Assembly: GCA_000004985.1 (NCBI GenBank)
Contig: GG738851.1
Origin: Naegleria gruberi
Taxonomy: Eukaryota
Reading direction: 5' to 3' (one strand)
DNA length: 64,000 nucleotides
The notes under the pieces were generated by a model. It made no database searches, had not been told where the DNA came from, and saw only the letters and a program-made list of their open reading frames with translations. A program made the position numbers and the translations under genes. Positions 8,990-18,282 of the stretch are shown here, in pieces. The stretch's first letter is position 1. Each line of letters begins with the position of its first letter.

Positions 8990-11989
8990 ATGTCCCAAGC
9001 AAATTCATTGAGCAATGAAGGTGGTGGTATCAGCAAAGATGTTAATCCACCTGTTGAAGATTTTCCGTCTGCCGAGGTGGAAGAGGAAGAATTTTACAAT
9101 TCATCATTTGATGATAGAAAACAAGTGAGTGGGAGAATTGAAGAACAACAACAACATGATGACGATAATCCAATTTTGATGACTATTCCATCATCAAATT
9201 ATGGATATTCCATCAATGATAATTCCGTTTCGCAACTACACCAACAACAACAAGGAGAAGAACAACAATTTAATTCTTCTTCGGCTACCATCCATGCCAA
9301 TAGTTGGAAAGAGAAAATTCAAGCTATGAGAGGAGGTGGTTGGAGAGAGTATTTCAATATTGTTTCGATTTGTTCCTTTCTGACTGTAACATTGTGTTTC
9401 GCTGCTGTTTCGTTTATTTTCTTGATTTATCCATTTGTGTATGTGAGAGATTTTTCACACACTTTGGTAGAAAGTTCACAAATCAAATTGCAACCATACT
9501 ATCCACTCGGTTATAAACCAAAAGGATATGTACCAAAGTTTTCTCAAGCAACCACCAAATTGACAGTTCCAGGAAATGCAAGATTCATAATGTTATCTTT
9601 TGTAGCAAATGCATCAGTGGAAGCTGTCGTTTTCAGAAATACTCTCACTTACTATAATCAATTCATTGATGCAACAGCTTTGAGTGCCTACTATACGAAT
9701 CAGACACAATTCATATTCGATAATCCTTTGGAAAGAAGCTTTTTTGTAATTTCAGAAAATTACTATGCAACCAGATTCTTTGCAACAAAGATTATGAATC
9801 ATACGAGTTTGGAGTTTGATAATTCTCCATTGAATAATGAAAACAAAACTGTGCTGTACATTGTTTGGAGAAATGAAAATTTAACTCCTCTCGAAAATAC
9901 CATTGTAATCGATTATTGGTACAGACTTGAATATGATGATTATAGGGAGACTACAAGTTTCACATTTGCCATGATTTCATTTGGTGCTTTTGTTCTTGCA
10001 GCTAGTTGTGTCTTGTTAAATACTCCAACAGTTTCTGGAATTTTCTCAATAGTTTACAATTTCTTGAGAAATTTACTATCATTCAAAAAACCTCTACCTG
10101 AAAATGGAGAGTGGAGTATTGATAATACTTTAGCACGAGGAGCTGACATTATTTTCCAAGATTTGTCATTTGTCTCATTCACAGATAAGGTAATTTTATA
10201 TCCAACAACTGGAATTTTGAAAGCTGGCAAGTTAACAGCAGTTATGGGTCAATCTGGTTCTTCAAAATCAACTTTTTGTAATGTTCTTTGTGGAAGAGCT
10301 TCCCATGGTATTCAGAAAGGAAAAGTCCTAATCAATGGAAATTCATTCTCTGGAAATACTAACAATTTAGTTGGATTTGTTACACAAGATGACATTATGT
10401 CTCCTCATTTAACTGTCAAGGAAACTTTGGAGTTTTCATGTAAGATTAGAAAGAATAAGAAGAATTCTGAAAAGGTCGAAGGTGTAATGCAAAAGTTAGG
10501 AATTACAAAAGTTCAAAATTCACAAACTTCAGTAATCAGTGGAGGTGAAAAAAGAAGAACATCAATTGGTATTGAAATGGTTGCAGACACACCAATTTAT
10601 ATTCTAGATGAACCTAGTTCTGGACTCGATTCAGAATCTGCTCTCTCCCTTTGTAAAACCCTTAGAGAAATAGCAGAAGAAAACAACTCGAATATTATTT
10701 GTGTTATCCATCAACCTTCATATGAAATATTGGAACAATTTCATGATATAATGCTGTTCAGGGAAGGTAGATTACTATTCCACAGTCCTGTACCAACTGT
10801 AATCCAATCACTCAAAGAGCATATCCCTTCTCATATTATTCGTAGCAATCCTGCTGATGAGATTTTGAGAACTCTTTCAACAGATTCTGTTGAAATTGTT
10901 AATTCCATTATCAAAAATACTGATCCAGCCATTCATTCCATTTCGAGAAAGCTCGAATTAGATTGGAAAGATATGAAAACTTCACCATTTTACATTCATT
11001 TCTATGCATGTTTTGTGAGAGCTGTCAAACAATTCTACAGAGATTGGAGAAATTTGATATTTGAAATTCTCATTTCCTTTGTTGTTGGTTTGCTTATTGG
11101 AGTATTATTTAATGGTCTTGAATTTATTGGAAGTGTTTCAAGTTCAAAATATAGCAAATGTCCAATAGAAATCAGAGCTGGTTGCATGCTTCCTCAATCG
11201 GATACGATTGCTCCATACTCATCTTTCCTCGTTTTGGCCATTGCATTGATATCTATAATGAGAGGTTTGAGAGTTTTTGGATTTGAAATTGAGAATTTCA
11301 AAAGAGAATCTCATGTAGGTCTCAATTCTTGGATGTACTTTTTATCGAAGGATTTGATTTCAATTTTTGTGATTGCTGTCATTTCTTTCAGTACTACATT
11401 TGGCATGTTATCTGCATTACCACATACTAACTTTTTCATTCTCTATGCCATTGTATTTCTAACAATTATGGCTGGTTTTCCAATTGGTTATACATTGTCA
11501 TTCTTCTTTGATCCACAAATAGCTCAATTGGCAGCTGCCTTAGTAGTTGTAGTATTTTACAGTTTTGGAGGAAATAATCCAACCATTCCTGAAATTGAAA
11601 AGCTTTCTCCAGTTCTTGCCTACAGTCACGTTATCACCTATTTTAGATATATTAGAGGTTTAATTTATATGGAAGAACTTATTACAAGAAGAGAAGATAA
11701 CGACATTGCATCAGCTCTTAAGGTGAATGGATATGAAATTGAAGCAATTTCATTCTACTTTTATGCTCTCTTCTTTTGGATTGTAGTTTTCAGGTATATG
11801 GCAGTATATTGTATGTGGGCTTGGAAACCTCGTTCTCTGTTCAGTAAGATTAATTTCCTATCAAGGAGATTGACTGGACGATTCTCTACCTGGTTTTCAA
11901 ATAAGATTGTTCAACCATTGAGAATGAAAATGAAAAGAAATAAGTATAAGGAAGTTGATAACTCTGAAGTAAATCCTTTCAAGCAATAA
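8990..11989 (+). CDS. ABCG (White-type) half transporter, 999 aa. The order is NBD then 6-TM TMD, preceded by a ~330-aa N-terminal extension that contains a Q/E-rich low-complexity head, one TM, a ~180-aa N-glycosylation-rich loop and a second TM.
   Basis: - Walker A: GQSGSSKST.
- ABC signature SGGEKRR, Walker B ILDEPSSGLD and an IHQPS motif typical of ABCG.
- Six C-terminal TM helices.
- N-extension helices are SICSFLTVTLCFAAVSFIFLIYPF and FAMISFGAFVLAASCVLL, flanking a loop with NAS/NQT/NHT/NKT/NLT sequons. Confidence 0.85.
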   Translation: MSQANSLSNEGGGISKDVNPPVEDFPSAEVEEEEFYNSSFDDRKQVSGRIEEQQQHDDDNPILMTIPSSNYGYSINDNSVSQLHQQQQGEEQQFNSSSATIHANSWKEKIQAMRGGGWREYFNIVSICSFLTVTLCFAAVSFIFLIYPFVYVRDFSHTLVESSQIKLQPYYPLGYKPKGYVPKFSQATTKLTVPGNARFIMLSFVANASVEAVVFRNTLTYYNQFIDATALSAYYTNQTQFIFDNPLERSFFVISENYYATRFFATKIMNHTSLEFDNSPLNNENKTVLYIVWRNENLTPLENTIVIDYWYRLEYDDYRETTSFTFAMISFGAFVLAASCVLLNTPTVSGIFSIVYNFLRNLLSFKKPLPENGEWSIDNTLARGADIIFQDLSFVSFTDKVILYPTTGILKAGKLTAVMGQSGSSKSTFCNVLCGRASHGIQKGKVLINGNSFSGNTNNLVGFVTQDDIMSPHLTVKETLEFSCKIRKNKKNSEKVEGVMQKLGITKVQNSQTSVISGGEKRRTSIGIEMVADTPIYILDEPSSGLDSESALSLCKTLREIAEENNSNIICVIHQPSYEILEQFHDIMLFREGRLLFHSPVPTVIQSLKEHIPSHIIRSNPADEILRTLSTDSVEIVNSIIKNTDPAIHSISRKLELDWKDMKTSPFYIHFYACFVRAVKQFYRDWRNLIFEILISFVVGLLIGVLFNGLEFIGSVSSSKYSKCPIEIRAGCMLPQSDTIAPYSSFLVLAIALISIMRGLRVFGFEIENFKRESHVGLNSWMYFLSKDLISIFVIAVISFSTTFGMLSALPHTNFFILYAIVFLTIMAGFPIGYTLSFFFDPQIAQLAAALVVVVFYSFGGNNPTIPEIEKLSPVLAYSHVITYFRYIRGLIYMEELITRREDNDIASALKVNGYEIEAISFYFYALFFWIVVFRYMAVYCMWAWKPRSLFSKINFLSRRLTGRFSTWFSNKIVQPLRMKMKRNKYKEVDNSEVNPFKQ

Positions 11990-12040
11990 ATCTCAAATTA
12001 CTTATTAATGGTTCAACTTGATTAGTAAATTTAAACCTTA

Positions 12041-14485
12041 TCATTTATTGTTGAAAAATTTAAAGAAATTCCAAGATTTGTTGTCTTTACAGTTTTTGTT
12101 AATGTATGTAATTAAATGTTGTTTACCCTTTTCCGTTGCATACTTTTGAACGAATTCTATGGATGCCCCTTTTTTAATGAGATTTTGAGCCCACTCGGCA
12201 CTGCCATTAATATCAGCCACAGTCACCAATGCACTGCTCAACACATTACTTGATAAATTGCAATTATTGAATATCCACTCAAAAATAATAGTATTTCTAT
12301 TCTCAATCGCAATCTCTAAAGGATAACCACAATCAATGCCTTGTTCTTCGTGAAAATGTGGATAGTTATTCGAATACCATTGAATTGCTGGAAGATATTC
12401 AAGGACACAAGCTCTATGAAGAGGACCATCAATATAGTACATGTCTTTTGTTAAGGATATTTTCTGGCCATCTATGTTAATAGTTTCTAATTTTGGAGTT
12501 GACTTCAAGGCATCAATTATTTTTCCATTTTCCTCAATAATAGCAATAAAATACAAGTATTTTAAATTATTTGATAATACTGAATTAGTATTTTTCACAT
12601 TAATATCTTCAAAATATTCCAATAAATTTGAATAATCAACATTGTCCAGTACGTCCAATAACTCTAAAACAGAAAATGATTTTACAGAAAATTCTTTAGC
12701 AATTCTGGTTAAATGTTCTGGTTCTTCTGATTTTTGTTGGTTGTAAGTAGTTGTGGCAATTTCAAACATTTGGTTATCATCCAATAGAGATGCAAAAGTC
12801 ACTTGTCTGATATAATTCTGTTGATATTGTTTTCTACACCAATTGATTCCAATTAGTGTTGTAGTAGAAGGAGCATTTTCAATCTTCAACTGATTCCTTA
12901 TTGAATCCAAGTCTATTGAAGGTCCATCACTAAAGGCAATAAATATAGTCTTTAAATGAGAGGGGAAATAGTTATTTGCTACCTGCAAACATGAATCTAG
13001 TAATGCTGGTTTCGAACAATCAATCAATAATATCATTGCTTTTGCATTTCTCATGTATGTTTCAAAAATAATTTTAAATCTTTCTTGTTCTGCTAAAAAC
13101 CAGCATATAAACTTATGATCAAAGCAACTAACTAACCTAAAATCAACACCAATCAGTGAGTGAGAATTCCTATAAATATTTAACGATTTTGTAATGTTTG
13201 TATGTGCCGGTGATCCATAGAATGTTGCCAAACATAAATGGTACACAGGTAATTCAATTGGCTTTTCGATAATGGTCTGATTTGCTTGTTGAATTAATTG
13301 TTCAATAGAGGGACGATCATTTGGTTGCAAGCTCATCATTTTCAATATTAGCTCAATGAGATGATCAGAATATTTCATACGTTGATATTTTACAAAATAA
13401 TCCTTCAATAACTTTGGATGTTTACACATTGAATTACATAGAGTTGATAAATCACGTGTCATTAAGTAATATAACGTGACACCTAATGCAAAAATGTCAG
13501 ATTGAGTAGAATATGGTTGTTTGATATCCAATATTTCATAATCAATAATTTCAGGTGCTAAATATTTAAATGTCCCACTCAATTGTGAAATTTCTGTTGA
13601 ACTATTGGTGTTAGTTTTTGCAAATCCAAAATCACTCAAACAAACTTGAATATTATCTTGTTTGGTATTAATGGATTTGATTAAAATGTTTGCAGGTTTA
13701 ATATCTTTGTGTATGATATTAAATTTTTGAATATGTTTTAATGCATTTCCCATTTGTTCTATAATTAGTAATATCATTTTTTCAGATGGAATGTTATTTG
13801 GATTTTTAATGAAATAATCGAATAAGTTTCCAAATTCTAAACAATCCATTTCAATACATAAAAAAGATTGATTGTTGCTAATGAAAGCAGTATGCACACG
13901 AATAATATTCTCATGTGATACCTTAACTGTTTGTATAGCCTCATGTAATGCTTGATTCATGTCAAATTCCAAAGATGGATATATTACTTTGACAGCTGCA
14001 ATACTTTGATTTTTTCTTTTCACTTGATAAACAATTCCGAATGCTCCACTTCCTAACTCGTTTATAATTGTTGAGTATCTATTTAATAATTCTTCTTTTA
14101 CATTTTTGCTATTATTATTCAAACTATTAATATTATTATTCAAACTATTAATATTATTATTCAAAGTATTATTATTATTAATATTAATATTATTTGAAGT
14201 ATTAGTAGTAGTTGTTGTATTTTCAAATTTCTTTATATTCTTGATCAAATTACAAATAGAATGAGCATGAATTGGTTTAATACCTAATTGAATAAGAGCC
14301 TGTTCATCGGAATAGAGAAGTGTAAAGCCTGTACATTCTTGTTCAATTAGTACTTATTGAAGTTATTAACTTGGATGAATAATTGTGAAAAACATACTGT
14401 CAACTACACTCTTGGGGCAACCATTCCGAAGTAGCCAATTACCCACCCGTTCTGTTGACCAAGAGGTAAAGTCATTGTCGTCCAT
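12041..14485 (-). CDS. Multidomain protein kinase, ~799 aa: SAM domain, poly-Asn linker, Ser/Thr kinase domain with HKD instead of HRD, a degenerate Rab/Ras-like GTPase domain, and C-terminal ankyrin-like repeats. Two exons: 14485..14398 and 14352..12041, with a 45-nt intron.
   Basis: - The ORF-track start at 14248 is a TTG, and the frame stays open upstream to a TAA with no ATG.
- Upstream there is ATGGACGACAATGAC… (14485) reading MDDNDFTSWSTERVGNWLLRNGCPKSVVD.
- A GTATGT donor (14397) and aataAG acceptor (14353) join it in frame.
- The product continues ILIEQECTGFTLLYSDEQALIQLGIKPIHAHSICNLIKN, which is SAM-like.
- Kinase motifs: GSGAFGIVY, AAVKVI, HKDIKPANILI, DFGFAK, GTFKYLAPE.
- The GTPase-like block (YGSPAHTN…GVDFRL…WFLAEQERF…LLIDCS) lacks the P-loop GK[ST] and DTAGQ.
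- A GPLHRAC motif is ankyrin-like.
- Total 2400 nt, divisible by 3. Confidence 0.8.
14111..14200. repeat. Imperfect ~30-nt tandem repeat (tattcaaactattaatattattat)n that encodes the poly-Asn/NNNINSL tract of the kinase.
   Basis: Direct reading shows caaactattaatattattattcaaactattaatattattattcaaagtattattattattaatattaatatt. On the coding (minus) strand this translates to NNNINSLNNNINSLNNN. Confidence 0.6.
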
Positions 14486-14644
14486 TAACGTTATTTTTTT
14501 TTTGTAAAGCCAACAAAAAGTTAATTTTCATTCTATTCGAATCCTTAAAAGAAAAGTTAAAGTTTGATCACTCTTAATCATTGTGTTGTTGAAATTATTA
14601 CAATTTTTAGGTAAAGAAGAATCAAGAAATGTTATTACTATTTG

Positions 14645-15788
14645 TTACAAATCAACTCCAGAATAGAATAAAAACTTGTTCAACAATCTCATGTACCAAT
14701 GATCTATCAGAATGTGTTTCTCATTATTAGATGAGAATAATTGCTCACAAATTACTGAAGAAACTTTTTGAGGAGATTGAGCATTGTCCATCATCTTTTT
14801 AGCCACTTGATAGAGTTCCATATAAGGTTTGTAAAATTGTGAGCTTTCACTGAATGGTTTCATATTCAAAATTTGGGTTTTTGCAAATCCTGGCTCAATA
14901 CCTATTTCAATAATTTATAAATCATTGTAAAATTGAATGAAAACTTACAAGTAACTCTCAATCCTTGAATAGATTTGAATTCTCTTCTCAAACCGTCTGA
15001 AAATCCATAAAGTGCAAACTTGGTGGTACTGTAAAATCCAGTAAATTTAACAGCACTGTAACTTGCAGCAGATGCAACATTAATTACAATTCCTTGATTA
15101 GATTTTGAATCGTTCTCTTGGTTGTTTGAAATCATCATTGGGTAAATACATCTCAACATTCTAATAGGTCCTAAAATATTCACTCCAAATACATCCAACA
15201 TTTCAGTTTCGGATAATTCAGCTAATCCTGCTGTGTTTTTTGTTTTTGGTGATGAAGTAATTCCTTAATTAGACCAAATACTTGAGTGATATTCCATTCC
15301 AACAATTGATTTTGAATTAATTTTGCAGTGTTTTCAACCTGTTCATTATTCGTTATATCACATGCAAATAATTTCAACTTTTCACAATTATCCGAAAGTT
15401 CTTGCTCGAAAACTTGTTGCATTTGTGAGAGAGAATAATCAATTACAATAACCTTTGCATTCCATCTCGAACCCAATAATTCTTTAGCAACCAAAGATCC
15501 TTAATTAATTAAATATTTAATTAATATCATTATCATAAATACTTGAAATATATTTAAAAACCTACCAATCCCACCCGAGCCCCCAGTAATTACAATTACT
15601 CTATCCCGAGATGAAATATCACATTTTGGTGAATTCCTTCTCAACATCCAATACAACACTGAGGTTGCAATTGTTGTTCTCCACGGATTTTCCCTCATGA
15701 CATTCCAAATATCTGCTAAATAATGATAAACACCACTATTTAAAAGCCCAGAAATTATTTGTCCACCACCAATATTAAATTTCTCCAT
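14645..15788 (-). CDS. Short-chain dehydrogenase/reductase (SDR), ~328 aa, 4 exons on the minus strand: 15788..15566, 15499..15275, ~15230..14949 and 14901..14645. The start could instead be the upstream ATG at 15839.
   Basis: - Four adjacent minus-strand ORF fragments carry SDR motifs: RVIVITGGSGGIG (Rossmann), …AGLAELSETEMLDVFGVNILGP, INVASAASY…YSTTK (catalytic YxxxK), and a C-terminal GFAKTQ.
- They are joined by 40–66-nt introns with GTAGGT, GTCTAA and GTAAGT donors and AG acceptors.
- The exon sum is 987 nt, divisible by 3.
- The exon 2/3 junction is the least certain. Confidence 0.65.
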
Positions 15789-16212
15789 TCGATTTTTCTT
15801 AAATTTTTTTATAATTTTTAATTTCTTTTTAATTTCCAAAAGATAATAATATTTAGGCGCGGTGATGAAAAACCGTAGTGATGAAGAATTATTATCATTG
15901 TAAATACAATTATCTACGTATTTCCTACAGTAATATCCATTTTTTACCTTTCAATACTTTTTCATTACTCTGCTAACTTTGAACTTGAAAAGGGAGTTGA
16001 AATTTCCAAGCAAATGATCCATAATTTCCAGAATCAGAGAATGCACTAGGGTGTGACCTAAATTGTGAATTCCATAGGTGAGATTCAATTACCTTTGGGC
16101 ATTTTTCATGATTTTTTCACACTTGCAAAATTTGTTTGAAGGTGGTGGTTTCGAATAAAACGCAGGACTTCTTTGAATTCATTGAATAACAAATAAAACT
16201 GAATTCTATTCA

Positions 16213-16458
16213 CTACATTAAGCCATTAATAAGAAAAATAAACATAAGGAATAAAAAGACAATCACTAATTTCGGCCCAACACTAAAAAGGCTTTTTGCA
16301 AACCAAATCAGTTTTGTAAACATTGGTTCAGTGAGAAGATACAGTTTTCCTTTACTGCAAAGTTTGCCGCCAATCAAATTTAAAAAATCCGCCAAGGCTT
16401 GTGGTAATATCGACGACGAGTTTATTTTTAAATCTTTGACTGAAAAAAATATCATCAC
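16213..16458 (-). CDS. Hypothetical 81-aa protein with a hydrophobic C-terminal segment (VIVFLFLMFIFLINGLM). It may be spurious.
   Basis: It is an ATG-initiated ORF in an otherwise gene-free 950-bp interval. No recognisable domain; hydrophobic tail only. Confidence 0.2.
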   Translation of the reverse strand: MMIFFSVKDLKINSSSILPQALADFLNLIGGKLCSKGKLYLLTEPMFTKLIWFAKSLFSVGPKLVIVFLFLMFIFLINGLM

Positions 16459-16787
16459 AACTGCTTCTCTGCTACACCAAAATATCCTACGAATTTGAAA
16501 AATCTTTAATATTCATTTTCGAAGGTGCAGAAGATACTTCTAATCATCAACATCACTCTGATTTTTCACATTGAATTATTGTGTGAATTCAAATTTTGAC
16601 TAGCCTAGTCCACCACCTACTAGTAATAACGATCTACCTAGTAGCAAGTGTATACTTTCGGTTATAACCTCAAGACTACCAACCTCCTCTTGCAGAAACA
16701 CAACAGTATATTGTTGACTCCATCTTCTGTCTAGACTTTTTTGCACATCCCTAACTATTTATTCAATATTTAAACAACAACAACAAC

Positions 16788-17765
16788 ATGATGACTATGA
16801 CTACAACTTCTCCACTGATGGTCTCATCAACAACTGCTAGTAATTCAACAACGACGCCAACGTCTGTATCACGTGCAAAAGACATTTCTACAATACCAAC
16901 AACAACAAACGATGATGATAGCCTGCTGTCCAAAAGTCTGGGACACTACAATCCTGCACAAGGAACAAATATGCCTCGTGGATCTTACCATGATATTAAA
17001 TCTAGATATTTCATGTCATTGAATCTGTCCTCACCACATAACACCACTCCCAAAACTCCTCCACAACAAACATCTCCATCCCTCCCAAATTCATCTGGTG
17101 TCATGAATACATCTGGTTCCCTCCTCACTAACAATATCAATAGAACCCAAAGAACGAGTAGCTTATCCTCCCAAATTACCAGACAAACTTCTCCTGGACA
17201 AAAACCTGAATCCAGAGAAAGAAGACAAACTTCCTATGATTTCAACAGACACTCAGAGGCTATTCCAATTCCTAGCAAAATGGCTGTACCAGTAGCTGCT
17301 GAAAGTCTAATGTATAATAATAATGGAACCTATGACCCATCAGTAGTTCCTAGTTTAATGACTGATGATTCAATGCCAATGATGTTCGATGGTGATTTTA
17401 GTTTTACTGATAGTAGCGAGAGTGGTAGTATTGATTTGTCACCTTTTTTCACTTCAAACACTCAATCCAATACTTCGTCCGTTGCTTCTTCCAAACAAAT
17501 TGCTAAACCAGGCAAATCCAATATGAAAGGAAGTGCCTTGAATCCAAATACTACCAAGAAGAGCGTCTCTATTAAGATAGAGACAACAACTTCTGCAGTT
17601 AAGGATTCATCAGTTTCTTCAACGGATTCTTCAGAATCCTCAGAAGAAAGATCCCCTCTCACGCCAAATAGAACTATCATTCCACCTCACTTAATGAACA
17701 ACCGTTCAGATTTCTCATTGTACAGACAACAACAAAAATATAATACTAAAGTTTATAAAATATAA
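16788..17765 (+). CDS. Ser/Thr/Pro-rich low-complexity protein, 325 aa, of unknown function.
   Basis: Long ORF with ATG in A-rich context (caacaacATGATG). Composition is dominated by S/T/N/P with no recognisable catalytic motif. Confidence 0.55.
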   Translation: MMTMTTTSPLMVSSTTASNSTTTPTSVSRAKDISTIPTTTNDDDSLLSKSLGHYNPAQGTNMPRGSYHDIKSRYFMSLNLSSPHNTTPKTPPQQTSPSLPNSSGVMNTSGSLLTNNINRTQRTSSLSSQITRQTSPGQKPESRERRQTSYDFNRHSEAIPIPSKMAVPVAAESLMYNNNGTYDPSVVPSLMTDDSMPMMFDGDFSFTDSSESGSIDLSPFFTSNTQSNTSSVASSKQIAKPGKSNMKGSALNPNTTKKSVSIKIETTTSAVKDSSVSSTDSSESSEERSPLTPNRTIIPPHLMNNRSDFSLYRQQQKYNTKVYKI

Positions 17766-17887
17766 ATAAACAGAGAAAAAGATAAATAATGATTCTAACC
17801 ATTGAGCAGTATTAATTCAAACCTAATCTTTCAATAATGATAAAGTGCATTTGTAGATTTAATATTGAATAGTATTACCAAATAAAA

Positions 17888-18007
17888 AAAGACTACAGCA
17901 CCACAGGTTCCCAAGTTGTCTCCAACCTCAGTACTGATGTGGCTCGACGATGCTTAACTTCTCAAATCGGACGGGATGAGGTGCATTCATCGTGATATGG
18001 CCGTAGC
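17888..18007 (-). rRNA. 5S ribosomal RNA gene, ~120 nt, transcribed on the minus strand and followed by a T7 RNA polymerase III terminator.
   Basis: - Minus-strand sequence GGCTACGGCCATATCACGATGAATGCACCTCATCCCGTCCGATTTGAGAAGTTAAGCATCGTCGAGCCACATCAGTACTGAGGTTGGAGACAACTTGGGAACCTGTGGTGCTGTAGTCTTTTTTT aligns along its length with eukaryotic 5S.
- Shared blocks include GCCTACGGCCATACCAC…CATCCCGTCCGATCTG.GAAGTTAAGCA…GTACT.GG.TGGGAGAC…TGGGAA.ACC.GGTGCTGTAGGCTT.
- The helix I ends pair: 5' GGCUACGGC with 3' GCUGUAGUC.
- It is a local GC-rich island in an intergenic interval. Confidence 0.85.
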
Positions 18008-18282
18008 CATTCACTTTCTTAAAATATGAAACAAAAAGGACAACGGGCCTACTTTCCAAAGGTTACAGGAGATAGAATTCATCTTAGCAACAAACTTCTT
18101 GAGATTTGCTTTTATTAAGAAAGAACGAAATGAGCAAACTTAAAGTTCGGTTGTCAAAACAATTAGATAATTTCCAGAAAAAACAAATCTAGCCAACATA
18201 TTTGATTTTTGGTTGAAACGAACAAGACTGGCGCCAAAAATCCAAACGTTAAGCGTTATTTTATTTTTTCAAACTACGAAAA

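Noticed and set aside
14486-14505. T10 run (gttattttttttttg) resembling a Pol III terminator after a GC-richer stretch.
   Set aside because: On the minus strand it is simply the A-rich leader immediately 5' of the ATG of the kinase's first exon (caaaaaaaaaataacgttaATGGAC). No structured RNA lies upstream.
14525-14545. tRNA T-loop-like motif attcgaatcc.
   Set aside because: The flanking sequence cannot form T-stem, acceptor or anticodon arms. No tRNA-like cloverleaf could be built on either strand.
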